NCBI GenBank assembly: GCA_030704615.1
Contig: CM060734.1
Coordinates: 10,726,001 to 10,790,000 of the forward strand
Source: Takakia lepidozioides
Lineage: Eukaryota > Plantae > Bryophyta
DNA: 64,000 nt
Direction: 5' to 3'
A model generated the notes under the pieces. The model saw only the letters and a program-made list of their open reading frames with translations. It did not search any database and was not told where the DNA came from. Position numbers and translations under genes: made by a program. The stretch's first letter is position 1, and every line of letters begins with the position of its first letter. Below are positions 34,520 through 46,500 of the stretch, one piece after another.

Positions 34520-36911
34520 GCCCACAACATTCCCTATCCCCTCGCCATTCCTCACATTCACATCAACACTACCGAATGTAACCCTGATAAAGACATTGCC
34601 CACGACTCCCCCTTAATCTGTCAGGGCCCTCAGCGATCAAAAATCTATGCCCACAACGGCCGATACATTGGCCTCATCCCCAATGATCGGCTAGCGTGGC
34701 TCTAGCATAAATACTCTACTCCTAACCCAGAGGCATATCAGATACTGCCACCCAGACAAGATTTCGCTACTGAAATCTGTTGGCTATTAGACCGCTATCT
34801 TAAAGACATCCCCTCCAAAAAACCCCGCGTTCAATCCAAACTAATACATGCACACACTCACAGTACTGTCCCAAGAGAACTGTCTAGCCTCCTAATCTCC
34901 TCTTTCCAACTTACTCACTCCTACTACTCTAGCCCACTCACGTGCCCCATGGAACTTACCTCATATGCTAGCCCACACCATAGAGATTGCATCTTTGGCG
35001 CCACTGGTCTTGCCACCCAGCATAGGTGGTCCGGTCGCGGCTTTGCTCACCCTCCTGATTCCCAAATACAAGAAGCCCTCCAATGGGCTCGTACTGCTGC
35101 CCACTCATCCCTCTCTGCCTATACTATTCTCCTACTTACACAGCAAAGGCCTTCAGACAACCCCCACCCCCTTCTACAACTCCCCCATGGCGTCACCTTT
35201 GAACCAAACCAGCTACTACATGAACACAACCTCCCCTCCCCTAAATACCTTCGACGCTTAGAACCCACCACTACGTCACTGCTACTTGTCCAACACACCC
35301 ATCCCACCTCCACGTCCATTACCCTCCCATTTACCTTACACCACTTACTTGTACGCATATGGGGGATGAAAGTCTCCATTACCCCCCAACACACATCATC
35401 TTCCCACTACATATTGCTCCTTACCCACCCTGTTTCCCAGAGTCAACCCAAGCAAGGCTTGGATAAGGGCGCTACCGCGCCCTCCTCCTGCCCCTCTCCC
35501 ACCCCCTACTGACCCACCGGTCTCACATCTATGTCTGCCACTCAAATTCTCTCCCTCGCACTCCCACTATACAGATGGCTCCCAATCCGGCTCTAACGCT
35601 GGCTACGGTGTTTTTCACGCTGCTAATAACCGTGGGGTAGCTCTTAGACTTCCAGGCCTAGCCACTATATTACGCGCTGAGCTTATGGCAATCTTTGAAG
35701 CACTCTCCTAGCTACCCTCCTTCTCCCCCCCCCCATACTATATTTTCACAGACAGCCTTACCTCACTATTTCTTCTTCGCAACCACCTCTCTAGCCCCTC
35801 CTGCCACCTTCACCACCCAGACCGGAACCTCATTGCAGTTATCAATAACCGTGCGGCTTTCATTAATCACCCCATACACTTCTCAAAATTCGCTCCCACA
35901 CTGGTATCACCGGTAACAAAAATGCAGACCTCCTCGCCCAGGCAGGGGCCGCCCAATCCCCAATGGATCCCACGGTCGACCCCATCCATATTGCTCACAC
36001 TCACCCATTCTGGCTAATTCACCCAGTACCAGGACCCCCTACTACCAAGCCCATACGTAACCTAAAATCCACTCTCACATGCGAAGCACACAAACAAGCC
36101 TCATCCTCTACCAGCCATACCAAAGCCCATATCCAAAAAATGGACACAATCTACAATTCTTCACCACAAATTATCAAACTACTTCTGGCACACCAAAACT
36201 GTCACTGACGCGCAAATCCGACAAACACTCAAATTTCGTTACGCCCAATACATGGGACACCAACGCAAGCACATATTCTGACCGCGCCTATTCCCTTCCC
36301 CCAACTGTCCGTTATGCTCACATACACATACAGTACGTGACACCTGGCCCCACCTCCTTAGTCAATGTACTCACCCCGTTATACATGGTCTCCGCGTCAC
36401 TCGCCATAATCACGTTGTTTGGCACATCCATAAACTTCTCATGTCCAGATCAGAAACCAGATGGTTCTCACTCATCAATGCTGGTACCTACCAAGGCCGA
36501 CCCCCTGACCACACTGTCCCTCACTGGATACTTCCGTGTACTTGTCATCACTCACCCTGTACCTGTCCTTCTCGGTTTTGCCCGGATATCCTACTTGTCC
36601 ATGGCTTACCTATCAATGCCCCTCTACCCACTTCCCCTTCCCCAGAATTAACCATTCATTTTGTTGAATTCACATACTGTAATGACCGATACCCAGCCCC
36701 CCCCATCCTAGAGAAACGACAAAAATATGCCCCCCTCATCCTCGCCATCCGCCAACGTGGATGGCGCACCGGCCCCCTATCAGTTATCACAGCCGGTACT
36801 AGAGGTGGGATTCATACCGCCAGTATAAACGCACTACATGACAATCTTAAAATCCCTATCCCCCCGATCCACAAATGCTTTAAAGCCATCCACCTCACTG
36901 CGATCCGCTAG
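34520..36911 (+). mobile_element. Dualen/RandI-like non-LTR retrotransposon fragment (MTase-like, RNase H, CCHC finger, RLE)
   Basis: RNase H motifs YTDGS, RAEL, FTDS and H.GI.GN..AD (35568-35930); CPLC-x-H-x4-C and RHN (36306-36410); PDILL...VEFTYCND...EKRQKY (36573-36730). C-rich strand; 5'-truncated, with no RT in the window. Confidence 0.8.
34850..35140 (+). pseudogene. PCIF1/CAPAM-like N6-adenine methyltransferase-like domain within the LINE polyprotein
   Basis: HSTVPRELSSLLISSFQLTHSYYSSPLTCPMELTSYASPHHRDCIFGATGLATQHRWSGRGFAHPPDSQIQEALQWARTAAHSSLSAYTILLL is colinear with the PCIF1 core F.SP.N...Y.S...D..FG..G......SG...NPPF. Confidence 0.6.
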
Positions 36912-38159
36912 CCTCTCATGAATGCAATGAAGAACAGTTAATGCACCCTAACCACTGTAATGCTAACTATCCTAGCCAGCCATGACAATTTCTCCCAAAA
37001 ACTGGAGCTTCAGTGTGCTTCCTTAAATTCTCACTTCCAAAGTCATGGTTCTCCCTAGCCACCTCCACTATCTCCCGCTAACCAGAAGAAGAGGGATATT
37101 CTCACCAAAAACTTCTTTCTAACCCAAGCCCCACTTGCCTGTGCAATTACAGTTTACTACACCTACAGCTCCTATAGTCGACAACATCAACTAGCCCTGG
37201 CTGGAAAACTAACTCAGCCGCCATAGCAGATACTAACTAAGGAACATGAAAGTAAATCGCAGCCAAAAACTAAGGCACGCAGTCTGATGTCTGCTCCAGA
37301 ATACAAAGTGTCAGCAGCTCGCCATGCCTATGCTTGCATGAAGAATGCCGCAACTCATAAATCCCGCCGATCCAGGGCACAGGGATGTTCGGCGGATGGA
37401 TGCTTTCATCCAATGAGCCATAATTCATCCATCATGGTCATTCATCCAACTACTTAAATGTTGTAAAATCTTAAGTACTTAGCCCCATCAAACAGCTGCA
37501 GAAAAATAAAAAGGCCACATATTCACACTACATATGTGGTGTGGCTCCCCTTTTTAAGTGTCTGCGTCCCTGCAGACCATTTTCTTCCAAGTCCAGAGCA
37601 GATTCATCTTGTGGCCCTGCATACCATACCTTCTTTCTCTTCTTATAGTTCATGGCAGGTTGGTCCGGACCTCTCTTCAGCTGTGTGATCTCAAATTCGC
37701 CCACATCTGGTCCTATTTTGATGTCAACTCTCCTCGTACCAAATAGCAGGTCAGATCTGGATTTTTCCGTTACCTCCCATGCAATCCATCGTTCCCAATT
37801 TCTGATGTTGCACCCTGGCAACCCTGGTTTTGCTCCATGTGCATCATGGCTGAAGCCTTTCAACTTGAAATCAGTTGTCAATCCAGCCACCTTTTGACCC
37901 TCGTGCTCAATCATGATGGTGCCAACACCCATTGGGTACAGTTCCAGTTCCTCCCCATGGGGACCAGCCTTATGCCCATGATCACTGTCAACATTTTTTA
38001 TTTCCATCAATGCTTGCAGGTCTGAGTCACACAAAGGGGCCTGGCTGCATCCCCATAAATGCACCATGCTCCCTTTTCTTCTTGAATTTGCATTGACCAT
38101 TTGTAACACTAGCCCTCTCGGGTCCCATGCTTTCTCTTGGTGACAATTCAATATCTGAT

Positions 38160-38349
38160 TTGTGCTCAGTGTGATGTCTGCCAGAGAATGGGACTAGTAG
38201 AAAGAACTGGAAAAGGAGCGATGCACCCAATACTACCAACAGAACCATTTCAACGTTGGGGACTAGACTTTGTGGGACCCATTAAACCTCCAGCGAGGTA
38301 CACACAGAACCAATACATTTTCATATCCACTGATTACACTATCAAGTGA
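38160..38349 (+). pseudogene. Gypsy integrase fragment
   Basis: CDVCQRMG...PFQRWGLDFVGP...TDY. Confidence 0.85.
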
Positions 38350-38369
38350 TTTCTTCATTGCAGTCATGA

Positions 38370-41288
38370 AAGGCTAGAGGCTTGCATGGGTCACTGATTT
38401 GTCCCGATTTGTGTCAAGTTGTAGGAGGTAAGGAGCATGTGATAGCTTATGCATCCCGATGTCTAGATCATCATGAACGGAATTATTCCATATACGATAA
38501 GGAGGATCTAGCCTTGGTCTTTGGTGTGAAGCATTCCAGGCAATATTTACATGGCAGCCGGTTTGTGGTGGAGACTGATCACCTTCCACTCAAGGCTCTT
38601 GTTAAGCCAAGGGAGCTTCATGGCAGACTTGCTAGATGAGCTATGTACCTAGTACATCTATGTACTATAGTCTATAAGAAGGGCATGGCCGAAAAACGCA
38701 AATGCTGATGCATTTACACGGGTTGATCCTCCTGTCAACAGACCTATGCTCACCTTAGATGACATTGCTGCTGCTGATGCAACCCCTCCTCCTGATCCAG
38801 CTCCTCTTCTCAACCTCTTTTGTGCCGATCAACACCCATTGGCCTTGGATTCGAATGGCATCTTGGCTGCTTGGGGCTGGTCTAGCCTTCTTGATGATCC
38901 TGGTTGATTTATTCATGTGTTAGTATGTGTGGTGGATTTATCGCTTAAGACAGAATTTGGATAGTTTGGTGGAAGTTCCTTGTTGTGTTCCAGCCCTTCT
39001 TTTTCTAGACTCTCGAGTTTGTTGTGATTCAGCTGCTGCACTCCGGTGTGACTATTGGCTTGAGCCTCAAGGCCTGATTTGGCTGTCCATGAGTAGTAAC
39101 AAATGAGGTGAAGGTATCCCTGGCTGGAGATCATAGGTGCAGGCACTCCAGACCACCTTATCTAAAGCCCATTGTCTATCTCTTATGTCCAGTGCAGTCA
39201 TGGATGATCAGCTACATGCTGCGCTACTCCAGCGATGCCAATCAAGGCGTTTGCCAGCTGGCCTTTCCGAGTCCTTGCGTAAACAAATTCTCTATTATGT
39301 GTCTACTCACCGTTTTATGGGTGATAAGCTGTTTAATGAGCTCACTCGAGGGGGAGTGCCATGCTATTTGGAGGTGCCACCACGGAGCCAGCTGAATGCT
39401 TTATTGGAGCGTTTCCATTGTTCCTTGTATGCCAGTCACTTTGGTATAAAAAAAACCGTGGTCCGCATCCAAAAGATTTACTATTGGCTGGGAATTCACC
39501 GGGATGTCACGGAGTTCATCTCTAAGTGTGAAGGTTGTCGTGCTAACATTGCTCTCCCTAGGGCCCGGATCTTGTATGAGCTGCAGCCTTTGCCTGTCAC
39601 CCATGCTTTTACTCGTGTTGGCATTGACTTGGTAGGACCCCTCACACTCACATCAAAGGGTCGAAGCTACCTTTGTGTTGCTACCGACTACTTGACTAAG
39701 TGGGTAGAAGTCCGGCCTGTGCGTTCCAAGGCTAGTGATGCACTGTAGCTCAGTTCTTCTTCAATGAGATCATTATGCTCGGGAGATACTAACGGATCAG
39801 GGCAAGGAGTTTTGTAACCAGCTCCTCACGGTGGTATGCTTCAATTTGGGTGTCAAGCATTCTACCACATCCCCATACCATCCCCAGACCAATGGCCTCA
39901 CGGAACGCTTCAACCAAACTCTTTGCCGAATGTTGGAGAAGAATGGCGCACTTACTAGGGAGTGGGATACTTTTCTTCCCCCTATTCTCTTTGCTTATCG
40001 CACCGCCGTGCATGCTAGCACTAAGAAGACTCTTTTAAAGTTGTTGTATGGTCGCAAGTGTGTTTCTCCTTTGCATTCTACCCCTCTTATCTCTACTGTT
40101 GCTGATCCGGTTGATCTTGATACCTTTGTTGAGGATCTTCATGCTTGGCATGCGGTGTCTATCCATGATGCCAAGACGAACATTGGTAAGGCTCAGCTAA
40201 CCCAGGCCCGCAATTTTAACAAGTGTGTCAAGTATTCTAGCCTGTTTTAGGTGGGACAGACTGTGTGCGTTCGGTTGCAGCATGACAAGCATGCATGCAA
40301 ATCTAAGCTCAAGATCGACGGTCCACACTTGATCTATCAGATTTTACGTGGGCGATGTGCTCTCCTTCTTCCACAAGGGCCCAATAGTGAAGTGCGTGAG
40401 AACCAGTCTCTCTGACAGATTTGGTGCATTCCGAATTGGTCTTTGATCTTACATGCATCAATGTGGAGAGACGTACGGTGGGGTGATGTCTTGATCTTCT
40501 TAGCCGATCTACTTCAGCTTGATCCTCTTGTCTTTAGTGGCTTAGTCTTAGATTGCGGATTGTGACTTTCATGGCCTTATGGCTTGCCCATTCTAGGACC
40601 TAAAACATTTGTAGTCTTATGATATATCACCACCTATACTCCTTGCACGGTTTTCCTAGCCAAGGGTTTTGTCCTCGGCCCAATTTGCAGGTGCCAGGTT
40701 TTCCCTTGGTAGGTTGTTCACCCAGTAGCGGAGGGTGATTTTATCAGCATATTTACTTATTATTTCTTATTATTTTACTTCGCGGAGCTCAGGATTTTTC
40801 GTGGGGGGTAGGCTCACAGATGTGATGCCCGAACTCTCCTCATCACTAATTCTGCTTATTCATCCATGCGGCGATACTCATTCATCGTATAATTTTTTTT
40901 GGCTTAAGTACCGTTAAACCGTTACAATGATAGCGTAGCTAGGGTTAGTTAATGATGGTGGCCGCATCTTGGCCATCCATTAGATCTAGGGTTGTGGAAA
41001 GGCGCAGCGGGCTCAGCCTGTTATGCCTCGCCACGCGGCATGCAGCAAGGGCTAGGGTTTTCGTATATAAGCGGCGGGCCTGACACAAGGTGTGAGGGCT
41101 TGTGTAATCTGGTGTATGTATGTGTAAAGGTGTTCCATTTGCATACGTGTGAGAGATTTTCTGTCAGTTGGCTCGCAAAGATCCTCCTCTCGCGTGAACG
41201 CAAGCTCCTCTTTGCTCGCCCCTGGTCATTTTGTTCAATACTTGAGAGGATAGGCGATTATTCCTCTATCTTGTTTTAAGGCTTCACA
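38370..41288 (+). mobile_element. Gypsy element 3' part: RNase H, integrase, PPT and 3' LTR
   Basis: VIAYASR...ERNYS...ETDHLPL (RNase H, 38382-38639); HFG...CEGC...VGIDLVGP...TDYLTKW...YHPQTNGLTERFN (IN, 39137-40250); G-rich tract at 40801-40812. Confidence 0.88.
40821..41288 (+). repeat. LTR (468 bp)
   Basis: TGTGA...TCACA termini; TATATAA at ~41064; preceded by a G-rich PPT-like tract. Confidence 0.78.
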
Positions 41289-42609
41289 GGTTGGTTGCCA
41301 CCATTAGTTTTGAGCATATAAGTTGTACAAATATCACCCAATCAAATTTATTAATGACAATCACACCAATTCCTTTTTAGAGGACATACAATCCTACCAC
41401 CAGTCAGTAGCTCAGTTTCATAGTGCACAGTGCCACCCAGATGAATCTGGGGTCAACTCCTGCTACATTGTTGTGTGTGGCCCCTTCCCTTGGGGGGTGT
41501 CCCATCAGCAAGTCTTCCCGGCAAGGCTATTGTGAAAGAGGTTATTTTCTGCTTTCACTATAATAATTACAGGGCCTGATTTGTGAGCTGTCGCTCCCAA
41601 GTGTTTCACTCTCTTAAAAAAAAGAGAAAAAAAAGAAAAAGAAGAAGAAAAAGAATCCTTCCTAGATCAATTTTGTCTTCCTCGCTAGCTACTACAAATA
41701 CCCCAAATACAGTGTCCAAGATGAAAAGGGGGAGAAACATTCCAACTGTCAGTTTGAAACAATTGTGGGAAGATGTGCCCCATGTTGCCTCCAAGTACAA
41801 AAGTCCAAGAGCAAACAATTATGGACAGTAATGACCAAAACATAAGGAATGAACCAAAAAGAAAAGAAATTCAACCACATTAAGCAGTGACATTGTCAAT
41901 TGGCATTACCATAACAAGGAGAACCGAAATGTGCCAGCTGAAAATGTTGACTGAAACCATGCCTAGTAGTCCACACACTTAGTCTTTCATTTGTTGGGCA
42001 AAAGAAACCAAGCATTTTCAGATTGCTTCCATGATTGACATCGCAACTGCATAACATACCTACCTTTCAATGTGCAACACTGTCGATTATTCAAAGATCT
42101 AGCTGAATCATGGAGCCAATTCTACAATAATGAACATCTAACTATAGCCAAACTTACAGGTGAATGCAAGGTGCTATCTACGGCAAGACCTAGGTGGAAA
42201 TGGAACATGCTTGATTACTGAACCTAGTGTGGCAAAAATGATGACTTAGCAATAACCATTTCACCTGCCATGCTATTCACTTATGAAGCTGACCCTACTT
42301 TTCTAAAGCAGGAGAGCCTACAAGGTCACATTGGTCCTGGGACGCTGCCCAACTGTGTATGAGGAGGGATGAAGGTTTCCTTTTGTGTGGAGCTGAAGAA
42401 GGTAGTTCTGGGCTAAAGAATACAAATTTACAACAGAGTTATGCTAAATGTGTTGGTCTACATTACCAATGTTCCCTTATTCTAAATGTCCCAAACTCTA
42501 CTACAAAGATGGGGTGAGTGAACTTCCAACCCTAGCTTGAACCTTCAATTGAAGATGATTTAGCATTTTAACCTGAAGGTGAGGCACTAGGGTGGAAGTG
42601 GACTTGCTG

Positions 42610-43506
42610 TTATCTACCAGCGAGGGCTTCCCTTACAAAGTTGTCACATGAAGGACAGCCCGCACTCAGTGCATCCCCCAAGGCACCCATCACATCCAAA
42701 GCCTCTTGCACATCGCCTGCACCTTGCATCTCCTCCAGCCACTCCAGGATCTCCTTGGAAAACCCAAGCATCGCACTCACATCATGCAGTTTCTCCTTCA
42801 CCGTTGCCTCCCATGGCTCAATTCCGATCTGGCTAGCAAAGCCTTCCTCTTTACTACCCTCAATAATGTCTAGCTTTACCTCTCTGGCTTTCACAGCACC
42901 ACTCTTCAGAAAGCGTTGCATCTGGTCTATTAGGCCTACATACACAAGCATGGGTTGTGCTACTGTGAACAGCTGCTCCTGACTTAATGTAACCGTATTG
43001 TTTTCGTCTTGTTGATTGCTGGCAGCTTTAGCCTCTGCCGCCGGTGATTGAATGGGTGAGAAATCCATTGAAGTTTTCGAGGAGGGAATAAGAGACGGCA
43101 GGGGCAAAGCTGGAAGCAAGGAGCGCCCATGCTTGTCTTGTACATATGCGTGGGACAATCCACGCTGCAAGAATGTGCGGCGATGATGCTGCCAGTCATC
43201 CAGGGATTGTAGCAATAGAGATTGCACTATCATAAACTGCACACTCTCCTCCAGACCTCCTCGCTGGGGTGTTGTCGGGGTGGTGGGCTTAAAGCCTGAG
43301 CCCATTTCATTAACATCAAGCGTTCCTGTCGGGGAGAGATACGAGGCCAGCATTTTGGCTTGGATGCGCCGTTGGCTGGCCCCACCTTGGTCCAGCAAGT
43401 GACGTGCCATTTGGACCATGAAGGGCAGCAATCTTGAGTTGCTCTCCCGCCCTCCACCTTTGCTATCTACACTGAAGGATGTATTTGTGGCAAATCGTCC
43501 CAACAT
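42610..43506 (-). CDS. BIG: BIG terminal coding exon
   Basis: GTGCAG|ATG ([38 protein letters not shown]...) to TAA at 42610-42612. Confidence 0.93.
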   Translation of the reverse strand: MLGRFATNTSFSVDSKGGGRESNSRLLPFMVQMARHLLDQGGASQRRIQAKMLASYLSPTGTLDVNEMGSGFKPTTPTTPQRGGLEESVQFMIVQSLLLQSLDDWQHHRRTFLQRGLSHAYVQDKHGRSLLPALPLPSLIPSSKTSMDFSPIQSPAAEAKAASNQQDENNTVTLSQEQLFTVAQPMLVYVGLIDQMQRFLKSGAVKAREVKLDIIEGSKEEGFASQIGIEPWEATVKEKLHDVSAMLGFSKEILEWLEEMQGAGDVQEALDVMGALGDALSAGCPSCDNFVREALAGR

Positions 43507-46500
43507 CTGCACCACACACCCTTTCTTTTACAAATTGCAGAGGACAATACACCGCATTCAGCAGGTAGCTCCCAACAAGCGTTAGTCATGCCAGTTGTAA
43601 AATACTAATAGGTCTATGTTTCAAGAACTGTGACATTAAAGAAAATCAACCCTTCCATAAGGTTCAAAAGATACTATGCCCACTCCATGTGCAAAACAAG
43701 GCCAGGTCTAGTTCTTTTGACTTCCAATAGGTGCCTTAAACCAGTGCAGAGTAAATCACTCACAAAATCCTTATTAAAAAATATTTTTTCCATAAGGTGG
43801 ATAAGTAGCCAAAGAAACCATCTAAGGTAGGGTTAAAGCCACTTGCCATGACAATGTCATACATGAGCAGGCGTAATCGACTGCCATCTGCTCGACCAAG
43901 AGTGTTAAGGTTATCCCAGTAGTGATCCACACATCGTGCATACTGGACAAGGGGTACGGCAGGGCCCCGCAGAGGGAAAAGATTGTTGCATAGTGTCTCG
44001 CTGTTGCGGAGTGTTGCCCCCTCCCATTCTTTTTTGGGATTCTTGAGAGATGCATCTGCCCGTTTAGCTTCTTGGTGGCACTGGAAGTGGATAACATTGA
44101 AATGGCTGACTGTAGTGTATATCCACTCGCTGCGCCCATGGCTGCTCATGGCCAGTCCCAGGTTGACACGCTTGCTGTAGCAATAGGTCCCTAGCATATC
44201 AGTGGGCCGTAATTTGTATCCCTCCCGACAAACCATGCAGGCAAGCCCGGCCTCCTCTTCCTCCACTTCTTCCAAACCTTCAATATGTGGCTTTGATACA
44301 ACTATACGCTCACCTCCATCTGATCGCACCTCCCGCCGCATTCCCAAGCCCTGCCCATATATAGTCCACATTAACAAGTTTCAAAGGAATGTGATCGCCA
44401 GGAACATTCCAGGTTTGGACGAGCAACCTTACCCTCCTGGACACTAGGGGTCCAATGCATGTGGTTTGATTCATTCAACAGAGAGACATGCTATAAGAAC
44501 TCATACACAACTGAGCAGGATATACAGAAAGTGTGGCACTAATGATGAGGCCACTTCTGTGGTCCTATATACTAGCCAGATTGCTGACTCACACCAGTAT
44601 GGCGCCTGACCTGGAACTGGAGACCAGCATCTAAATATTTACCTCAAGGAGCTCCTCCCGTCGCCGCAGGGCTCGGCGGCGCATCTCATCACGTGTTGCA
44701 TGCCGTAGGTCCACAATCTTGTCAAGCAGGAAGCCCTCCCCCTTCCCCTCTTTATCCGCAAGTGTATCCAACAGGTTTTCAGCCCTTGCCCCTATCCCAT
44801 TCTCTCCAGACACCCCTTCCAGACCATGCAAAAGTGGCAATATCTGTTCCCTTTCTAAACATTGTTGGGTTGAAAGGTGGCCCCTGGAGAGCCCTCTCAA
44901 CATAGATAAAATGATTGGGACAGATGGCATTTCTTGTCCTTGCACCCATTCTGGACTGGCCTTGTGATCCAAGCCCTTATCCCGCATTGGGAACATCTGC
45001 TTCAAATATGTAATTTCAGCTGCACAAAACACATGCAATGCCAACGATATAACACTGCCATATAACAACTACCTCTGATTACAATAAATCCCAACAGTTC
45101 TGCAGTTTGTTTTGGCAAAGCCAGGATAGCCAACAGACCCTGCAGTAATTGGACTACTATGCAAACGGCAGCTAGCTCTTGATAAGATGTTCCACATGGT
45201 ACACATGAACTTATTTTCATCCACCGCATGTAGCTCAAGGGCATCAGCAAGAAGCTCAGAGACTCTCTCGGCAATCTCCTACTACCATCCAAGGAACAGC
45301 TATGCTTTGGCTTGGCCTGGTGACAGATTAATTCCTTATTCACAGGATTTCGTTCTCACACACTGGAAAGATACAGGGATCACTACAGTGAGAATGTGAC
45401 AGACAAAAGCAGGAGTCCCACACACTACAGCATACATCAACCAAGAGCCAGATAATCCTTAAACTAAACAAGAACGTGCCTGACCTATTTGGCTTGAAAA
45501 AATTTCTTTCTGCAAACAGTTGCATTATCAAAACCATTTTCCTGTGCGACCTAGTAGCTCTCTGTTGAACAACCTCTGAGCACCACATCGTTTTTGACGT
45601 CTGTATTACCAGAACCAAGGACCTCATTTCCAATCTTAGAGATGCCACTTAATTATGTTCTAAATATAATGTCTAAGATCATACCTTGAATGATGCCCCG
45701 CTCAAAGATCAGGCTTTTAAGTCTCTCCCCGTTGTGATTCAATTTGATGGATTCTGTGACTCGCACAAAGTTGTCCAGCGCCAACTGGTGCTCAGCTGCT
45801 TGATGTGCCAACCCATCATCCTTAGGATTCTCGCGATGCTGCTTTTGCAGCCGATCATAGGTGTCCCAGTCAAGCAGATACGGCAGAAAATGGTCCACCA
45901 GCACCTCCATAGCTGCTTGCTCTCCATATGTGAGGTAAGGTAGTATGCGTGCAACAGTGTCATTGTTACGCTGCTGCTTGTGGGTCACCCCTTTGGGATG
46001 AGATAGCCTCTCCAGAAACATGTGCACCGCACTTGCAGCCTGGCCCCCTGTGCCATCCCCTGCACTGTCATCACTTTCATTGGCTTCAGACACCAGGCTT
46101 TCAACGATCAATAGAAGTCCTTCAGCTGGCTCAGCTGCATCAGTCAAGAAAGCTCTGCGAGCAGTCTCCAGCAGCACCCCCAAGGCCCCCAAGCGCAGCA
46201 GCGCCTGCCGGTTTGCCCGAATCTTGCAGCAGTACATAAGCAACTTCAGCACCAGCGACAACTCCTCCTGTCCTGACATGATCTCCATGTCACTCAGTTG
46301 CTGCATGAGCCACTCCAAATACTTCTGTCAGTCGTAAATACAGCTACAATAACTGTCTGAAATGAATACCACACGAAAAGCAATCCTGTTGGCCATGTGT
46401 TCCGAACAGGAACCATATTGAAGGCTCACATGGACATTACACACAGAAATTTCCCTTCATGCCTAAATTGGAATATGTAGAGATTACAAATAGCCATCAC

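Noticed and set aside
41616-41655. Lys/Arg-rich ORF (41583-41831) as an NLS protein
   Set aside because: Arises from a simple A/G tract downstream of BIG.
45002-45343. Minus-strand ORF as an additional BIG exon
   Set aside because: The translation is not BIG-like, and exons 45685-46300 and 44643-45019 already join in phase.
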